NCBI GenBank assembly: GCA_963664875.1
Contig: OY761611.1
Span: 2,592,001-2,656,000 of the forward strand
Length of the DNA stretch: 64,000 nucleotides
Reading direction: 5' to 3'
Source: Candidatus Kapaibacterium sp.
GTDB taxonomy: Bacteria; Bacteroidota; Ignavibacteria; Kapaibacteriales; UBA2268
Shown: positions 18,600 to 28,876 of the stretch, one piece after another
Layout: each line of letters begins with the position of its first letter
Numbering within the stretch: the first letter of the stretch is position 1
Translations under genes and position numbers: made by a program
Notes under the pieces: generated by a model
The model's input: the letters and a program-made list of their open reading frames with translations, nothing else
What the model was told of the DNA's origin: nothing
The model's database searches: none

Positions 18600-20057
18600 A
18601 TGAAGATAAGATTTTATATATATACTTTTCTTGCTCTCCTAATTGGAGCATGTGGAGAAGATAATCCTGTAACAACTATTGATGTTGAACCAAACTACTC
18701 GGGAAATACCAAACTTGTTCTTGATGGAAATATTAGCAATAATAATTTATGCCGGGGAGAAGTGTTGGAAATCTATGGAAAAAACTTTGATAAAAATTTA
18801 GCTGCATTGAAGGTTTATTTCAATAAAACACGTGTTGGGATATTGTCTGCCACTAATGAAGTATTAAAACTTAGAACTCCTTATATGTACGATTCTGTGG
18901 GGCAAATAACAGTTGTTGCATATGGTGATACACTAAGTTCCGAGCACACGGTACGATTTAATAATAACTTCTGTCTAAATATAGATAAACTCAGCAAAGA
19001 TGAAGTTTCTACAGGAGAAACTATTACGGTATATGGAGAGGGATTTGAGAAATATGATGGAGTTCTTACTGCAGAAATTGATAGAGTAAGTCTTCAGCCG
19101 GTAATAACAAGTGATAACGAATGTCAATTAACTATTCCAAGTCTCTCAGACGGTGATAAAAAGATTGTATTTGAAATAGGTGGCTACTCATTTAATACAC
19201 TAGACATAAAAATTAGATACCCTTTTGAAGTTGAAAATATAGAACCAAGCATTTTATATAGAGGTGATATCTTTACTATCACAGGCAGCGGATTTGGGAC
19301 TAATTTGAGTGATTATATTGTATTGTTCGAATGTTATACAAATGGTGCTTTTGAATTGGCAGAAATCACATCCTTAAATGATAACAAGATTGCTATAAAA
19401 GTGCCTGAAACAGCGATAATAGGATATCCAAAGTTCAAGATTATATTGAAAGGCACTGAACTAATATTTGAGGGTAAACTTAGAATTGTTCTTAGTAATT
19501 ACGATTATAAAAATGTAGAGGTTTATATGAATGGGCTTCAGACGGAAGTGCATCAAAAAGGGGTGATATTTATGGAGGAAATAGATAGATATGAATTTCG
19601 TAACATATCAGAAATTAGTAAAAACCTAACAGCAAATACTATCTGGAACGGAGATAGTATTTCATGGCAGAACCATACTAAAAATGATAATGGCTATGGA
19701 AATGTAACGGAATGGACAGATGATGTTAAAATAATATTAGACAGCACAAATAAGCTTGTTAAGTATTTTGGCATGAAAAATCGCTATGATCATCAAGATT
19801 CAGGTCATAATTCAGGAAGTTCTGGGAACGAATATTCAGTTATACAACTTACAAACATACCATATGTAGATTTAAATAATCAAATTGAAATTACATTAGA
19901 TAAAAATACTATCGATCTAGATAAATTCAATTTTATTTGGCACAAATATTATCGATACCGAGATTATACTGAAGTTATTACGGACTACTCTGAAGACAGT
20001 ACCGGCGAGCTTGAGTTTGACGATGACTTTGTGCTGACTTTCAGACTTTCGAAGTAA
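18600..20057 (+). CDS. Lipoprotein with three IPT/TIG domains
   Basis: IGAC lipobox; GEVLEIYGKNF, GETITVYGEGF, GDIFTITGSGF. Confidence 0.8.
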   Translation: MKIRFYIYTFLALLIGACGEDNPVTTIDVEPNYSGNTKLVLDGNISNNNLCRGEVLEIYGKNFDKNLAALKVYFNKTRVGILSATNEVLKLRTPYMYDSVGQITVVAYGDTLSSEHTVRFNNNFCLNIDKLSKDEVSTGETITVYGEGFEKYDGVLTAEIDRVSLQPVITSDNECQLTIPSLSDGDKKIVFEIGGYSFNTLDIKIRYPFEVENIEPSILYRGDIFTITGSGFGTNLSDYIVLFECYTNGAFELAEITSLNDNKIAIKVPETAIIGYPKFKIILKGTELIFEGKLRIVLSNYDYKNVEVYMNGLQTEVHQKGVIFMEEIDRYEFRNISEISKNLTANTIWNGDSISWQNHTKNDNGYGNVTEWTDDVKIILDSTNKLVKYFGMKNRYDHQDSGHNSGSSGNEYSVIQLTNIPYVDLNNQIEITLDKNTIDLDKFNFIWHKYYRYRDYTEVITDYSEDSTGELEFDDDFVLTFRLSK

Positions 20058-20141
20058 ACAACCCGGTTTACTTGCCATAGGTAAGTAAAAATAGTTTTTT
20101 ATTGAAAGTAGATTGAAGAAATACATAATCAGCAGAGAAAA

Positions 20142-20175
20142 ACAGAGGCTGTAACGTGATTAGAACAGCCTCTGT
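20142..20175. terminator. Bidirectional terminator-like hairpin between convergent genes
   Basis: ACAGAGGCTGT ... ACAGCCTCTGT. Confidence 0.6.
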
Positions 20176-20192
20176 AGTTGATATAGAATTAT

Positions 20193-22661
20193 CTACTGCT
20201 TAATAAAACGTTTACTGATTTTTTCACCCTGATCACTAATGATTACCACTTGATAGACTCCTGTTTTAAGAGAGCTAATGTCAAAAGCGTATTTCTGCTC
20301 ACCGAAATTAGTAAGTTTGTAGTTGCCAAGAGTTTTTACTGTTCTGCCGTTTATATCGAATATTTCTATATTCACTGAGCGAGTATCTGTTGCAATAAAG
20401 CTGATATTCAGATCAAATAAGCATGGATTTGGTGCAATTTTTATATTGTGCAATGCACCTGAAGATAAATCACATATCCCAAAGAAAGACTCTTCATCAA
20501 AACCTTTACAGGCTTTTTCAGGTTCCACATTCTGATTCTCAATTTTATCTAAAATGGCCAGCTCTTTTCTGATTGATTTAGAATATCTTTCAGGCAAGGC
20601 ATTCAGGAACTCCGTTGTCGGAAGATACCAAAGGTAAACCGGACCCGGGATATTTTTAAAACCGGTTTCTATTTTTATAGGTATCAATCTATCAAGCATA
20701 GACAAATAAGGTGCATAGCTTTCAGGCTTAGAGCCAATCATCTCGAATTTTTCGCCATCATGTACATAGATTGGTAAATCAATGTCAGATTTTATGTGTT
20801 TAGAATCAAAACCATCATAATCCTGATGTTTATATAGATTCTTAATTGCCATATCCTTTGTATAATACAAATTCGGTGAATTGTAAAATGTGAACTCACT
20901 ATTTTCGGAATTGGCTACAGGCATTAAAGGGTTAAAGTTATGCAATTTCTTAGTTGTTGTAGCATCTTTGTAAGAGAATTTGAAATTTTCATTGCCGTGA
21001 GTACCTCCGCTATAAAATTCATACCCTTCTATTTCTTTTAGTTTCTCGTAACCAAATTGATAAAGATTGTGTCTGTTAACTATCTCGTCGTCTTCGTTGA
21101 TATATTCGACAAAATATGATATTTTGTTTTCGGATTTGTGGATATTTAGTTTGCTGAGTTCAACGGCATCAAGTTCTAAAGCTTTTATATCTGTATATTT
21201 TGTTTTGTCTTCTTTGAGTAAAGTGAGCAAAAGTTTTACTTCGTTGTTGTTTGTAGCAATTTTATTTAGCATACTAATATTTTTTTCAGGGCTTTTAGAA
21301 ACATTTTTAATCGTGCTTTTTGGAAGTCTCTTGCTCAAATAAGCTGAAATTTTAGACAGTCCGGAAGACCTTATTTGTTCAACTACTCCGTTTGATTTTG
21401 TTCCGTATATTGGCAAATGATTGGGTATAAAGCTAATCTTTGTCCAAGGGAGTTTTGCATTTTTATCTATAAATATAGCTATTTGCTTTCCGCTGTCTGT
21501 AAAATAATCACTATCAGTAATCTGATATTTATGTGCTATATCAGCTTGATATCTCTTTGGTAGCTTAGATGCCAGTTCCTTATTTAGTAAAAACCAACCT
21601 TCCAGAAGAATTGTAGCATCATCATTATCTATCGGTATTATTATTTTTACAAATTTTTTGAATACCTCTGCGGACTTATAACTAGTATCTACATAAAAAT
21701 GTGAATAATCCTCATATAGTTTTTCTCCAATTATAAGATCAGTCTTATAAAGAGAAATCTTTCTTAGATAATCATCTGACATATATTTACTCAGTTGAAA
21801 CGGAGGTGAAAGTGTAACCGCCATCTGAGCTGAATAACTATCAAAAAAAGTATTCTTAATTTTGAAATGATTCAAGGATATTGCATTGATATCACTTATC
21901 TGCATTTTAATGGCATCTGATTTATCAATAATGTCCGTATTCGCGGGAGCGTCGTTATCAGGTTCAATTGTGATTAGCTCATAAACTATAGAGTCCGATT
22001 TGAGGTTATACCCTTTATCTTCAAAACGTTCTATAAAATGATTCGATGCTTCATCATAATCTTTTTTAGAGATATAGTTGTTCTCAAAAGGCAAATCAAT
22101 CCTGGCTTTATGTCTGAATAGAATCTTATCATCTTTATATCTAAAGCCTATGTTTTGTGCTTCTTGTTTTGAGAGAACGATGATTGGGTAACCCATTAGT
22201 GTGTTTTGTTTTTTAGGTGTGGTCTTGTTGTCGTCTTCAAAAAGCCCGGAAATGCCATTGCTCGTATAAGCAAAGAAGTTGTTGTTCTGATTCGAAAAAT
22301 CACCCATATCAAAATCGGGTGATGAGATATTTGTTCCGGCTGGTTGAGATTTTGATGCACCAGTAAGCCGATTATCACCAATATTTTGAATTTTGCTATC
22401 CAAAGAACTTGTCTTTTTCGATTGCTCATCTTGTTGTGTTTTTGTATTTAGTAAGTAAAAGGTTGTAAACAACAACCCTACCGCAGCTAAAGATAATAAT
22501 TTCATTATAGGTCTCCTGAAAAAATTGGCTTGAAGATTTATATTGCCAATGTCTACGCTCGGAGTGTTTCCGCAGAATTTTTCAATCTCTATCATCTCAT
22601 AAAATGGCTCGCGATTTAGGGATTTTTTTGCGATATATAAATAATGATTTAGGGTTTTCAT
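20193..22661 (-). CDS. Single-pass membrane protein (anti-sigma position) with duplicated extracytoplasmic domain and T9SS type A CTD
   Basis: About 52-aa soluble N-terminus, hydrophobic LLSLAAVGLLFTTFYLL, C-terminal IAPNP...DINGR...GVY...KRFIKQ. ATGA overlap with the sigma gene. Confidence 0.7.
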   Translation of the reverse strand: MKTLNHYLYIAKKSLNREPFYEMIEIEKFCGNTPSVDIGNINLQANFFRRPIMKLLSLAAVGLLFTTFYLLNTKTQQDEQSKKTSSLDSKIQNIGDNRLTGASKSQPAGTNISSPDFDMGDFSNQNNNFFAYTSNGISGLFEDDNKTTPKKQNTLMGYPIIVLSKQEAQNIGFRYKDDKILFRHKARIDLPFENNYISKKDYDEASNHFIERFEDKGYNLKSDSIVYELITIEPDNDAPANTDIIDKSDAIKMQISDINAISLNHFKIKNTFFDSYSAQMAVTLSPPFQLSKYMSDDYLRKISLYKTDLIIGEKLYEDYSHFYVDTSYKSAEVFKKFVKIIIPIDNDDATILLEGWFLLNKELASKLPKRYQADIAHKYQITDSDYFTDSGKQIAIFIDKNAKLPWTKISFIPNHLPIYGTKSNGVVEQIRSSGLSKISAYLSKRLPKSTIKNVSKSPEKNISMLNKIATNNNEVKLLLTLLKEDKTKYTDIKALELDAVELSKLNIHKSENKISYFVEYINEDDEIVNRHNLYQFGYEKLKEIEGYEFYSGGTHGNENFKFSYKDATTTKKLHNFNPLMPVANSENSEFTFYNSPNLYYTKDMAIKNLYKHQDYDGFDSKHIKSDIDLPIYVHDGEKFEMIGSKPESYAPYLSMLDRLIPIKIETGFKNIPGPVYLWYLPTTEFLNALPERYSKSIRKELAILDKIENQNVEPEKACKGFDEESFFGICDLSSGALHNIKIAPNPCLFDLNISFIATDTRSVNIEIFDINGRTVKTLGNYKLTNFGEQKYAFDISSLKTGVYQVVIISDQGEKISKRFIKQ

Positions 22662-23206
22662 AGTAATCCTCGCAAATTTGATAGAGCATTTGTATATTTT
22701 TGATTGGATTTATTATGCGGAACTGCGTTTAATAATTTTGCCAGTTGTTTTTTGGCTCTGTAGATTTTAACTTTGATGTTTGCCACCGAACATTGCTGAG
22801 CAAGTGCGATTTCTTTATGAGAAAAGCCTTCTATTTCAGCAAGGACAAGAGCTTCTGCTTTATCTGAATCTATTTCAGATAGTGCAACATAAAGCTCTTT
22901 GATAGTTAATATATCTTCCGGTGTTTCCGCATTAGAAAACATCTCATCAAACTCAATAATGTCTATTAACTTGAACCTATAAGTTTTGCGATATTTTTCT
23001 ATATTTACCCTGCGCGCTATGGTAAATAAGAAACTAAGCAATGCCTTTTTAGAGTGCAAAGTTTCGATGCGTTCGTAAGCTATCATCACTGTTTCAGCAA
23101 CAATATCCTTTGCATCTTCCTTATCGCCCGTCAGGCAAAGAGAAAATCTTTCCAACTTAGGCTTCAAAGGCTCGAAAAGTTCCAAAAAATCTGATTTGTT
23201 CAGCAA
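22658..23206 (-). CDS. ECF (sigma-70 group 4) RNA polymerase sigma factor
   Basis: Region 2 DAKDIVAET..SFLFTIARR; region 4 EGFSHKEIA..NIKVKIYRAKKQL; 182 aa. Confidence 0.92.
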   Translation of the reverse strand: MLNKSDFLELFEPLKPKLERFSLCLTGDKEDAKDIVAETVMIAYERIETLHSKKALLSFLFTIARRVNIEKYRKTYRFKLIDIIEFDEMFSNAETPEDILTIKELYVALSEIDSDKAEALVLAEIEGFSHKEIALAQQCSVANIKVKIYRAKKQLAKLLNAVPHNKSNQKYTNALSNLRGLL

Positions 23207-23463
23207 ATTATTTCTCCGCGATACATTAGCATTCTATCAGGAGGTAGGATTAAATTTAAAATGGTTACACTTGTATTTTCAAATTTAAGATAAATTTAGA
23301 GATATTGAAGAAATCTGCGGCATTGCTGCAATAAAATAGTCCCATGAAAGTACGGAATCGAGTTCTATTCGATATTTGCAATTCCAAAGAAAGTATTTAG
23401 TAAGCTAAAGGTTTTTACCATATCTTTGCTAATCAAGATATCAGAAAAAATTATGGTGTAGAT

Positions 23464-24348
23464 ATGTTTGAGATAGTGATTGCAGCTTTAGTTTTTGTTG
23501 TGCTTCTTTATTTTGCTTTTTACTTTTCTTTCCGGAAAACCAAACGCAGAAAAGGCTCTGAAACAAGCCCAGAACAGAAGCAATTGCTGAACGAAAATGT
23601 TGCTTACTATAACGGATTGGACGATAACGAAAAAGTACAATTCGAAGAGAGGATTCAGGATTTTCTTGCAAATTGTAAAGTAACCGGCATCAGCTGCAGA
23701 GTAGAAGAGCTTGACCGCTTGCTTGTTGCTTCCGGAGCAATTATTCCTGTTTTTGCTTTCCCCAACTGGAAATATTATAATCTGGATGAAGTGCTAATCT
23801 ATCCCGACAGATTTGACAGCAACTATCAGACAGGAACTGAAAAGAGCAACATCCTCGGTATGGTCGGCACAGGAGTCATGGAAGGCAAAATGATTATATC
23901 AAAAAATGCACTGAGAGAGGGATTTACAATTGGCAATGATAAAAAGAACACTGCTATTCATGAGTTTGTACACCTTATAGATAAAGCGGACGGTGTAATT
24001 GACGGAATACCCAAAGCCTTACATAACAATCTATTCGCTATACCTTGGTTGAATCTGATTAAAAGAAAAATTGATGAAATTCAATCATTCGAGTCTGATA
24101 TAAATCCCTATGGAGCTACCAATAACGCAGAATTTTTTTCTGTAGCGGCAGAGTACTTTTTCGAACGACCGAAACTTTTGCAGGAAAAGCATCCTAATCT
24201 TTACGCCTCACTAGAAAAAATCTTCCTGAAGCAGATGAGTAAAAAAGAATTAAAGACATACAATATCAAATCAATTGGCAGAAATGAAGATTGTCCTTGC
24301 GGATCGGGCAAAAAGTTTAAAAAGTGTTGTGGTAGGCTGGCAAGTTAG
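23464..24348 (+). CDS. MtfA/M90-family zinc peptidase with N-terminal TM and C-terminal SEC-C motif
   Basis: HEFVHLID, YGATNNAEFFSVAAEYFFE, GRNEDCPCGSGKKFKKCC. Confidence 0.9.
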   Translation: MFEIVIAALVFVVLLYFAFYFSFRKTKRRKGSETSPEQKQLLNENVAYYNGLDDNEKVQFEERIQDFLANCKVTGISCRVEELDRLLVASGAIIPVFAFPNWKYYNLDEVLIYPDRFDSNYQTGTEKSNILGMVGTGVMEGKMIISKNALREGFTIGNDKKNTAIHEFVHLIDKADGVIDGIPKALHNNLFAIPWLNLIKRKIDEIQSFESDINPYGATNNAEFFSVAAEYFFERPKLLQEKHPNLYASLEKIFLKQMSKKELKTYNIKSIGRNEDCPCGSGKKFKKCCGRLAS

Positions 24349-24543
24349 TCTTTTCATTCTCTTTGCAAAGCAAGAGATTATTTATGGAATACAATATATG
24401 CCATAATGTGTCGCTTATCTTTCCATAAGTGAGACTATTTATCCTCAATACAATTTATGAGTTGTAATTTTAAGTCTTTTCTGCTTATTTGCATGTATTG
24501 ATTAAATCAACTGAACAATAAACTATATAGGTCTTATATTATT

Positions 24544-25626
24544 ATGGCAAAAGATATCAAAAAAGCGCCTGAGACTCCACAATCAGACAAAATGAAGGCT
24601 ATTGCGTTTGCCATGGAGCAAATCGAAAAAGCTCACGGTAAAGGTTCTATAATGAAACTGAGCCAAAAAAAGGTGGCAGATGTTGCGTCGATTTCCACAG
24701 GATGTATTTCGCTGGATGCAGCGATTGGTGTTGGTGGTGTACCTCGCGGCAGAATAATAGAAATTTTTGGACCTGAATCTTCCGGGAAGACTACTATATG
24801 TCTGCATATCATTGCAGAAGCGCAAAAACGTGGTGGTATGGCTGCCTTTGTGGACACCGAACATGCCTTAGATGTAAACTATGCAGAACGTCTTGGTTTA
24901 GATGTCGATAATTTGCTTCTTTCTCAGCCGGAATTTGGCGAGCAGGCTCTGGAAATAGTAGAGACACTTGTCAGAAGTAATGCCATTGATGTAATAGTTG
25001 TCGATTCTGTTGCGGCTCTTACCCCAAGAGTAGAGATAGAAGGCGACATGGGTGATGCTCAAATGGGTTCGCAGGCAAGGCTTATGTCGCAGGCGATGAG
25101 AAAATTGAATGCTGCTATCGGCAAATCAAATACAACTGTGATTTTCACTAATCAGTTGCGTTCTAAAATCGGTGTGGTTTACGGCAATCCTGAAACAACT
25201 ACCGGCGGGAACGCTCTCAAATTTTACGCGTCCGTAAGAATTGATATCAGACGAAAAGAGATAATCAAAGATGGCTCTGAAATGGTCGGTAACAGAGTAA
25301 AAGTAAAGATTGTAAAAAACAAAGTTGCTCCACCTTTCAAAGAAGTAGAATTTGATATCATGTACAATGAAGGCATCTCGAAAATTGGTGATTTAATTGA
25401 CGTAGGTACTGAGCATGGAGTAATAGCAAAAAGTGGTTCTTGGTACACTTACAGATCCGAAAGAGTGCAGGGACGAGATGGCTTACGCAAGATAATGGCA
25501 GAAAATCCTGAAATATTCGAACAATTAGAAAATGATGTAAAGGTTGCTTTAAAAATGGTTGCACCAAATCCTGACGCAGAATCTAATAGTGGCAGCACCG
25601 AACCTGCTGACCAAGCTGCAGAATAG
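24544..25626 (+). CDS. recA: Recombinase A
   Basis: [37 protein letters not shown]. Confidence 0.99.
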   Translation: MAKDIKKAPETPQSDKMKAIAFAMEQIEKAHGKGSIMKLSQKKVADVASISTGCISLDAAIGVGGVPRGRIIEIFGPESSGKTTICLHIIAEAQKRGGMAAFVDTEHALDVNYAERLGLDVDNLLLSQPEFGEQALEIVETLVRSNAIDVIVVDSVAALTPRVEIEGDMGDAQMGSQARLMSQAMRKLNAAIGKSNTTVIFTNQLRSKIGVVYGNPETTTGGNALKFYASVRIDIRRKEIIKDGSEMVGNRVKVKIVKNKVAPPFKEVEFDIMYNEGISKIGDLIDVGTEHGVIAKSGSWYTYRSERVQGRDGLRKIMAENPEIFEQLENDVKVALKMVAPNPDAESNSGSTEPADQAAE

Positions 25627-25682
25627 AGATATTGTGCCAAGAAAAATTAGCTGACATTTAAGTTAGTAATAGTTTTAATCAG

Positions 25683-25733
25683 AAAAGATATAACCCTAAA
25701 CAGGATCAGTTATTGGGTTATATCTTTTTTTTT
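25683..25733 (+). terminator. recA terminator
   Basis: AAAAGATATAACCC...GGGTTATATCTTTT plus T run. Confidence 0.65.
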
Positions 25734-25870
25734 ATCACAGAGTCAGCAATCAAATCAATTTTTGGTTAAGAGGTGAGTATGTAGTATAAATTATAGTTAA
25801 ATATAGCACTTGCGTAATTAAATAAGATTGTGTTTCGTTATATTGCATATAGATATTTTTCAAAGGGGGA

Positions 25871-27001
25871 ATGTGTATGATTTTGTATGCATTTTTCTTT
25901 GGAGTAACATTACTGCTTGGGCTTACCGGCTGCAACACCGTCTCAGTAGATTTAAGCCCAAAGACGCTCCAAAGAATAGAGAAATCGCCGAATTACAGAG
26001 ACGGAAAGTTCCACAACCTAAGCGAATCGCCGAGCATCGCCACATCAATCATCGAGCTAACCACAGACGCTCTGTTTCAAGAATCCAATAACTCAGTACC
26101 GCCTTTTGTACCGAAATATAATAGCCTCTCCAAAGAAACCTTAGACTCTCTCGACTGCAATTCCAATTTTGTAATTAGGCTATGCCATTCAACGGTGCTG
26201 CTAAAAATTCAAGGTAAATATATACTCACAGACCCAATATTTAGTAATTCTCCTTCGCCATTTAGCTTAGTGCATTTACAACGCTTCCATCCTTCTCCGA
26301 TTTCAATTGAGAATTTGCCTGAAATTGATATAGTGATCATCTCGCATGACCACTACGACCATCTCGACAGACCGAGCATAGAAAAGTTAATCGGCAAAGT
26401 TAAACATTTTGTTACACCGCTTGCAGTTGGCGATTATCTAAGAGAGTGGGGCGTACAAGATGAGCTGATTACCGAATTAGATTGGTGGGAAAGTGTTGCG
26501 ATTGAAGACTTTATTATAACTGCGACTCCAGCGCGCCATGGTTCCGGGAGAGGAATTAGCGATAATCATACATTATGGGCATCGTTCTGTATTTACAATC
26601 CGGAATTCAAATTCTTTTATTCCGGCGATACAGGTATTATGCCTACCTTCTCAGAAATTGGCAACAAATATGGCCCTTTCGATTTGACTATGATACAGCT
26701 TGGGGCTTATTCAGAGCATTGGGCGTATATGCACATGACACCTGAAGAGGCAGTAGAAGTACACAAAATGGTGTATGGCAATTATATGCTACCTGTTCAT
26801 TGGGGGACTTTCAATCTTGCATATCATGCATGGGACGAACCAATAGTGCGGGCTAAAAAAGCTGCTAATGCTGAAAACATTTCACTCATTACAGCATTGC
26901 CCGGGGAAGTTACAGAGATAAAAACTATCAGACAACTCGCAGAAAAAAAGACAGAAGGTATAGTAGAAAATGAGGTAATAATAAAGGAAAGTGCCGATTA
27001 G
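25871..27001 (+). CDS. MBL-fold metallo-hydrolase (RomA/NAPE-PLD-like), probable lipoprotein
   Basis: SHDHYDHLD, YSGDTG, PVHWGTF; LTGC lipobox. Confidence 0.9.
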   Translation: MCMILYAFFFGVTLLLGLTGCNTVSVDLSPKTLQRIEKSPNYRDGKFHNLSESPSIATSIIELTTDALFQESNNSVPPFVPKYNSLSKETLDSLDCNSNFVIRLCHSTVLLKIQGKYILTDPIFSNSPSPFSLVHLQRFHPSPISIENLPEIDIVIISHDHYDHLDRPSIEKLIGKVKHFVTPLAVGDYLREWGVQDELITELDWWESVAIEDFIITATPARHGSGRGISDNHTLWASFCIYNPEFKFFYSGDTGIMPTFSEIGNKYGPFDLTMIQLGAYSEHWAYMHMTPEEAVEVHKMVYGNYMLPVHWGTFNLAYHAWDEPIVRAKKAANAENISLITALPGEVTEIKTIRQLAEKKTEGIVENEVIIKESAD

Positions 27002-27069
27002 GATATGTTACTATCCAAATCGACAACGTTCCTCACAAAATAATCTATAGCTTATGAGCTTCTGTAAAG

Positions 27070-27834
27070 CTAATAAGAATTCCTTTGTCGCAGTACTTCA
27101 TAGAGCATTATTGCAGCAGAAACAGAAGCATTTAGAGATTCTATTTTCCCTTTTAGTGGGATGCTGACTTTGTAGTCACATGTTTTAGCAACATTTGTCT
27201 GCATGCCTGTGCCTTCCGATCCAATGATTAGAATAATTGGGTCGCGGTAGAGGTCATCTGTATATTGATTTTGAGACCCTGCAGCAGTTCCAATCACCTT
27301 AAAACCTTCCATTTTAAGCATTTTCAGAGTTTGAGCCATATTAGGGACTCTGCAGACAGGCAAATGTTCCAGAGCACCTGCTGATGTTTTTAAGGCAGTT
27401 GGGGTAACCGGAGAAGCTCCCGAGCTTTGGATAATTATTCCGGCAGCACCTGAACATTCAGCTGAGCGTGCAATTGCTCCGAGGTTATGTGGGTCGCTAA
27501 TCTCGTCTAATGCAACTATCACAGGAGAGTCGCTTTTGCTATACGCCTGATTGATAAATTCTTCCAATTCATAAAACCTGATAAGTTGCTTTAAGGCAAT
27601 CACTCCCTGCGATTTGAACTGTGCAACTCCTGCCTTTTTTTCCAATTCGGAAAATTTGCGTTTGTCATGTTTAACGATTGGAACTCCTTTCTTTTTGGCA
27701 AGAGTATAGATATTATCTATTGGCTCTCCGGCAGCTCCGAACATAACAAAAACTTTTTCAGGGAGAGAATCTTCAGAGTTCAGAGCTTCTATAATGGCAT
27801 TTCTGCCGTAGATATATGCTGTTTTGGTATCCAT
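27070..27834 (-). CDS. rlmB: 23S rRNA (G2251) 2'-O-methyltransferase
   Basis: YGRNA, DPHNLGAIARSA, GSEGTG, ESLNASVSAAI (SPOUT). Confidence 0.92.
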   Translation of the reverse strand: MDTKTAYIYGRNAIIEALNSEDSLPEKVFVMFGAAGEPIDNIYTLAKKKGVPIVKHDKRKFSELEKKAGVAQFKSQGVIALKQLIRFYELEEFINQAYSKSDSPVIVALDEISDPHNLGAIARSAECSGAAGIIIQSSGASPVTPTALKTSAGALEHLPVCRVPNMAQTLKMLKMEGFKVIGTAAGSQNQYTDDLYRDPIILIIGSEGTGMQTNVAKTCDYKVSIPLKGKIESLNASVSAAIMLYEVLRQRNSY

Positions 27835-27930
27835 TACGAACCGGTTAATATTAAAAAACTTTATTTATCTGCATAGTTTGTGTAAAATTGCAGTTAGCAA
27901 ATTTGCGATACTGCAAATATATATAATTTA

Positions 27931-28302
27931 ATGTCAAATATTTTGGGTAATAAAATGCAGATAGAAACTTTTGAAAACCCGAGCATGGGAAGAGATTACG
28001 AAATTACTCATATCAATAACGAATTTACATCTGTATGCCCTAAAACAGGTTTACCTGATTTTGGAAAAGTAATTATCAGATATGTGCCTGATGAGCTATG
28101 CTTAGAGCTTAAAGCTTTGAAATACTATTTCCTTGAATTTAGAAATATGGGTATTTTTTACGAAGCAATTACTAATAAAATATTAGATGACTTAGTGGAA
28201 GCATGCAATCCTAAATATATGGAAATTATTACCGAATGGAGTGTACGCGGCGGTATGCATTCACAAATAAAAGCAAATTATACCAAAGAAGGTAGTAAAT
28301 AA
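27931..28302 (+). CDS. queF: NADPH-dependent preQ0 reductase (short, unimodular type)
   Basis: EFTSVCPKTGLPDF, ELKALKYY, VRGG. Confidence 0.92.
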   Translation: MSNILGNKMQIETFENPSMGRDYEITHINNEFTSVCPKTGLPDFGKVIIRYVPDELCLELKALKYYFLEFRNMGIFYEAITNKILDDLVEACNPKYMEIITEWSVRGGMHSQIKANYTKEGSK

Positions 28303-28727
28303 TGCTTACAAAAATAGCCAAAGAATTCAAATGGGAAATGAGTCATCGGCTGTCATTCCACCAGGGACCATGCAGAAATATACATGGACACACTTACCGG
28401 ATGGTGTTTGAAGCAGAGGGAACTTTAGACGAAAATTCTATGGTTTTAGATTACTACCATGTCGAACAAATAATTCGCCCATGGATAGACAAATTAGACC
28501 ATGCTTTTTTGTGCGATGAAAAGGACGATCTGATGATAAACTTTCTATCGCAGAATGGTTTTAAAATGCACATCATGCCTTATGTTTCTACAGCTGAAAA
28601 TATGGTAACATATTTCCTCGATATTTTTGCAGAGGAATTTCGAAGATTCGATAATATAAGCAGTATCAAAGTTAGAATACTTGAGACTGAAGATGTCTAT
28701 GCAGAGAGAATCGTTTCTCTTATTTGA
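28302..28727 (+). CDS. queD: 6-carboxy-5,6,7,8-tetrahydropterin synthase
   Basis: SHRL..C..IHGHTY, LDHAFL, STAEN, ET. Overlaps the queF stop codon. Confidence 0.9.
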   Translation: MLTKIAKEFKWEMSHRLSFHQGPCRNIHGHTYRMVFEAEGTLDENSMVLDYYHVEQIIRPWIDKLDHAFLCDEKDDLMINFLSQNGFKMHIMPYVSTAENMVTYFLDIFAEEFRRFDNISSIKVRILETEDVYAERIVSLI

Positions 28728-28755
28728 TAAAATGCTATATATGTCAATTTTTATT

Positions 28756-28785
28756 GCCACTTTAATAATTAAAGTGGCTTTTTTT
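28756..28785 (+). terminator. queFD terminator
   Basis: GCCACTTTAA-TAA-TTAAAGTGGC plus T7. Confidence 0.75.
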
Positions 28786-28876
28786 ATTAATATCTTTATA
28801 TTGCCAGTAAGTTGTATAAAGTATTTCTTTTATTTATATTGTGAGATATTTTATTGTAATTATCTCAGAAGTAAAT

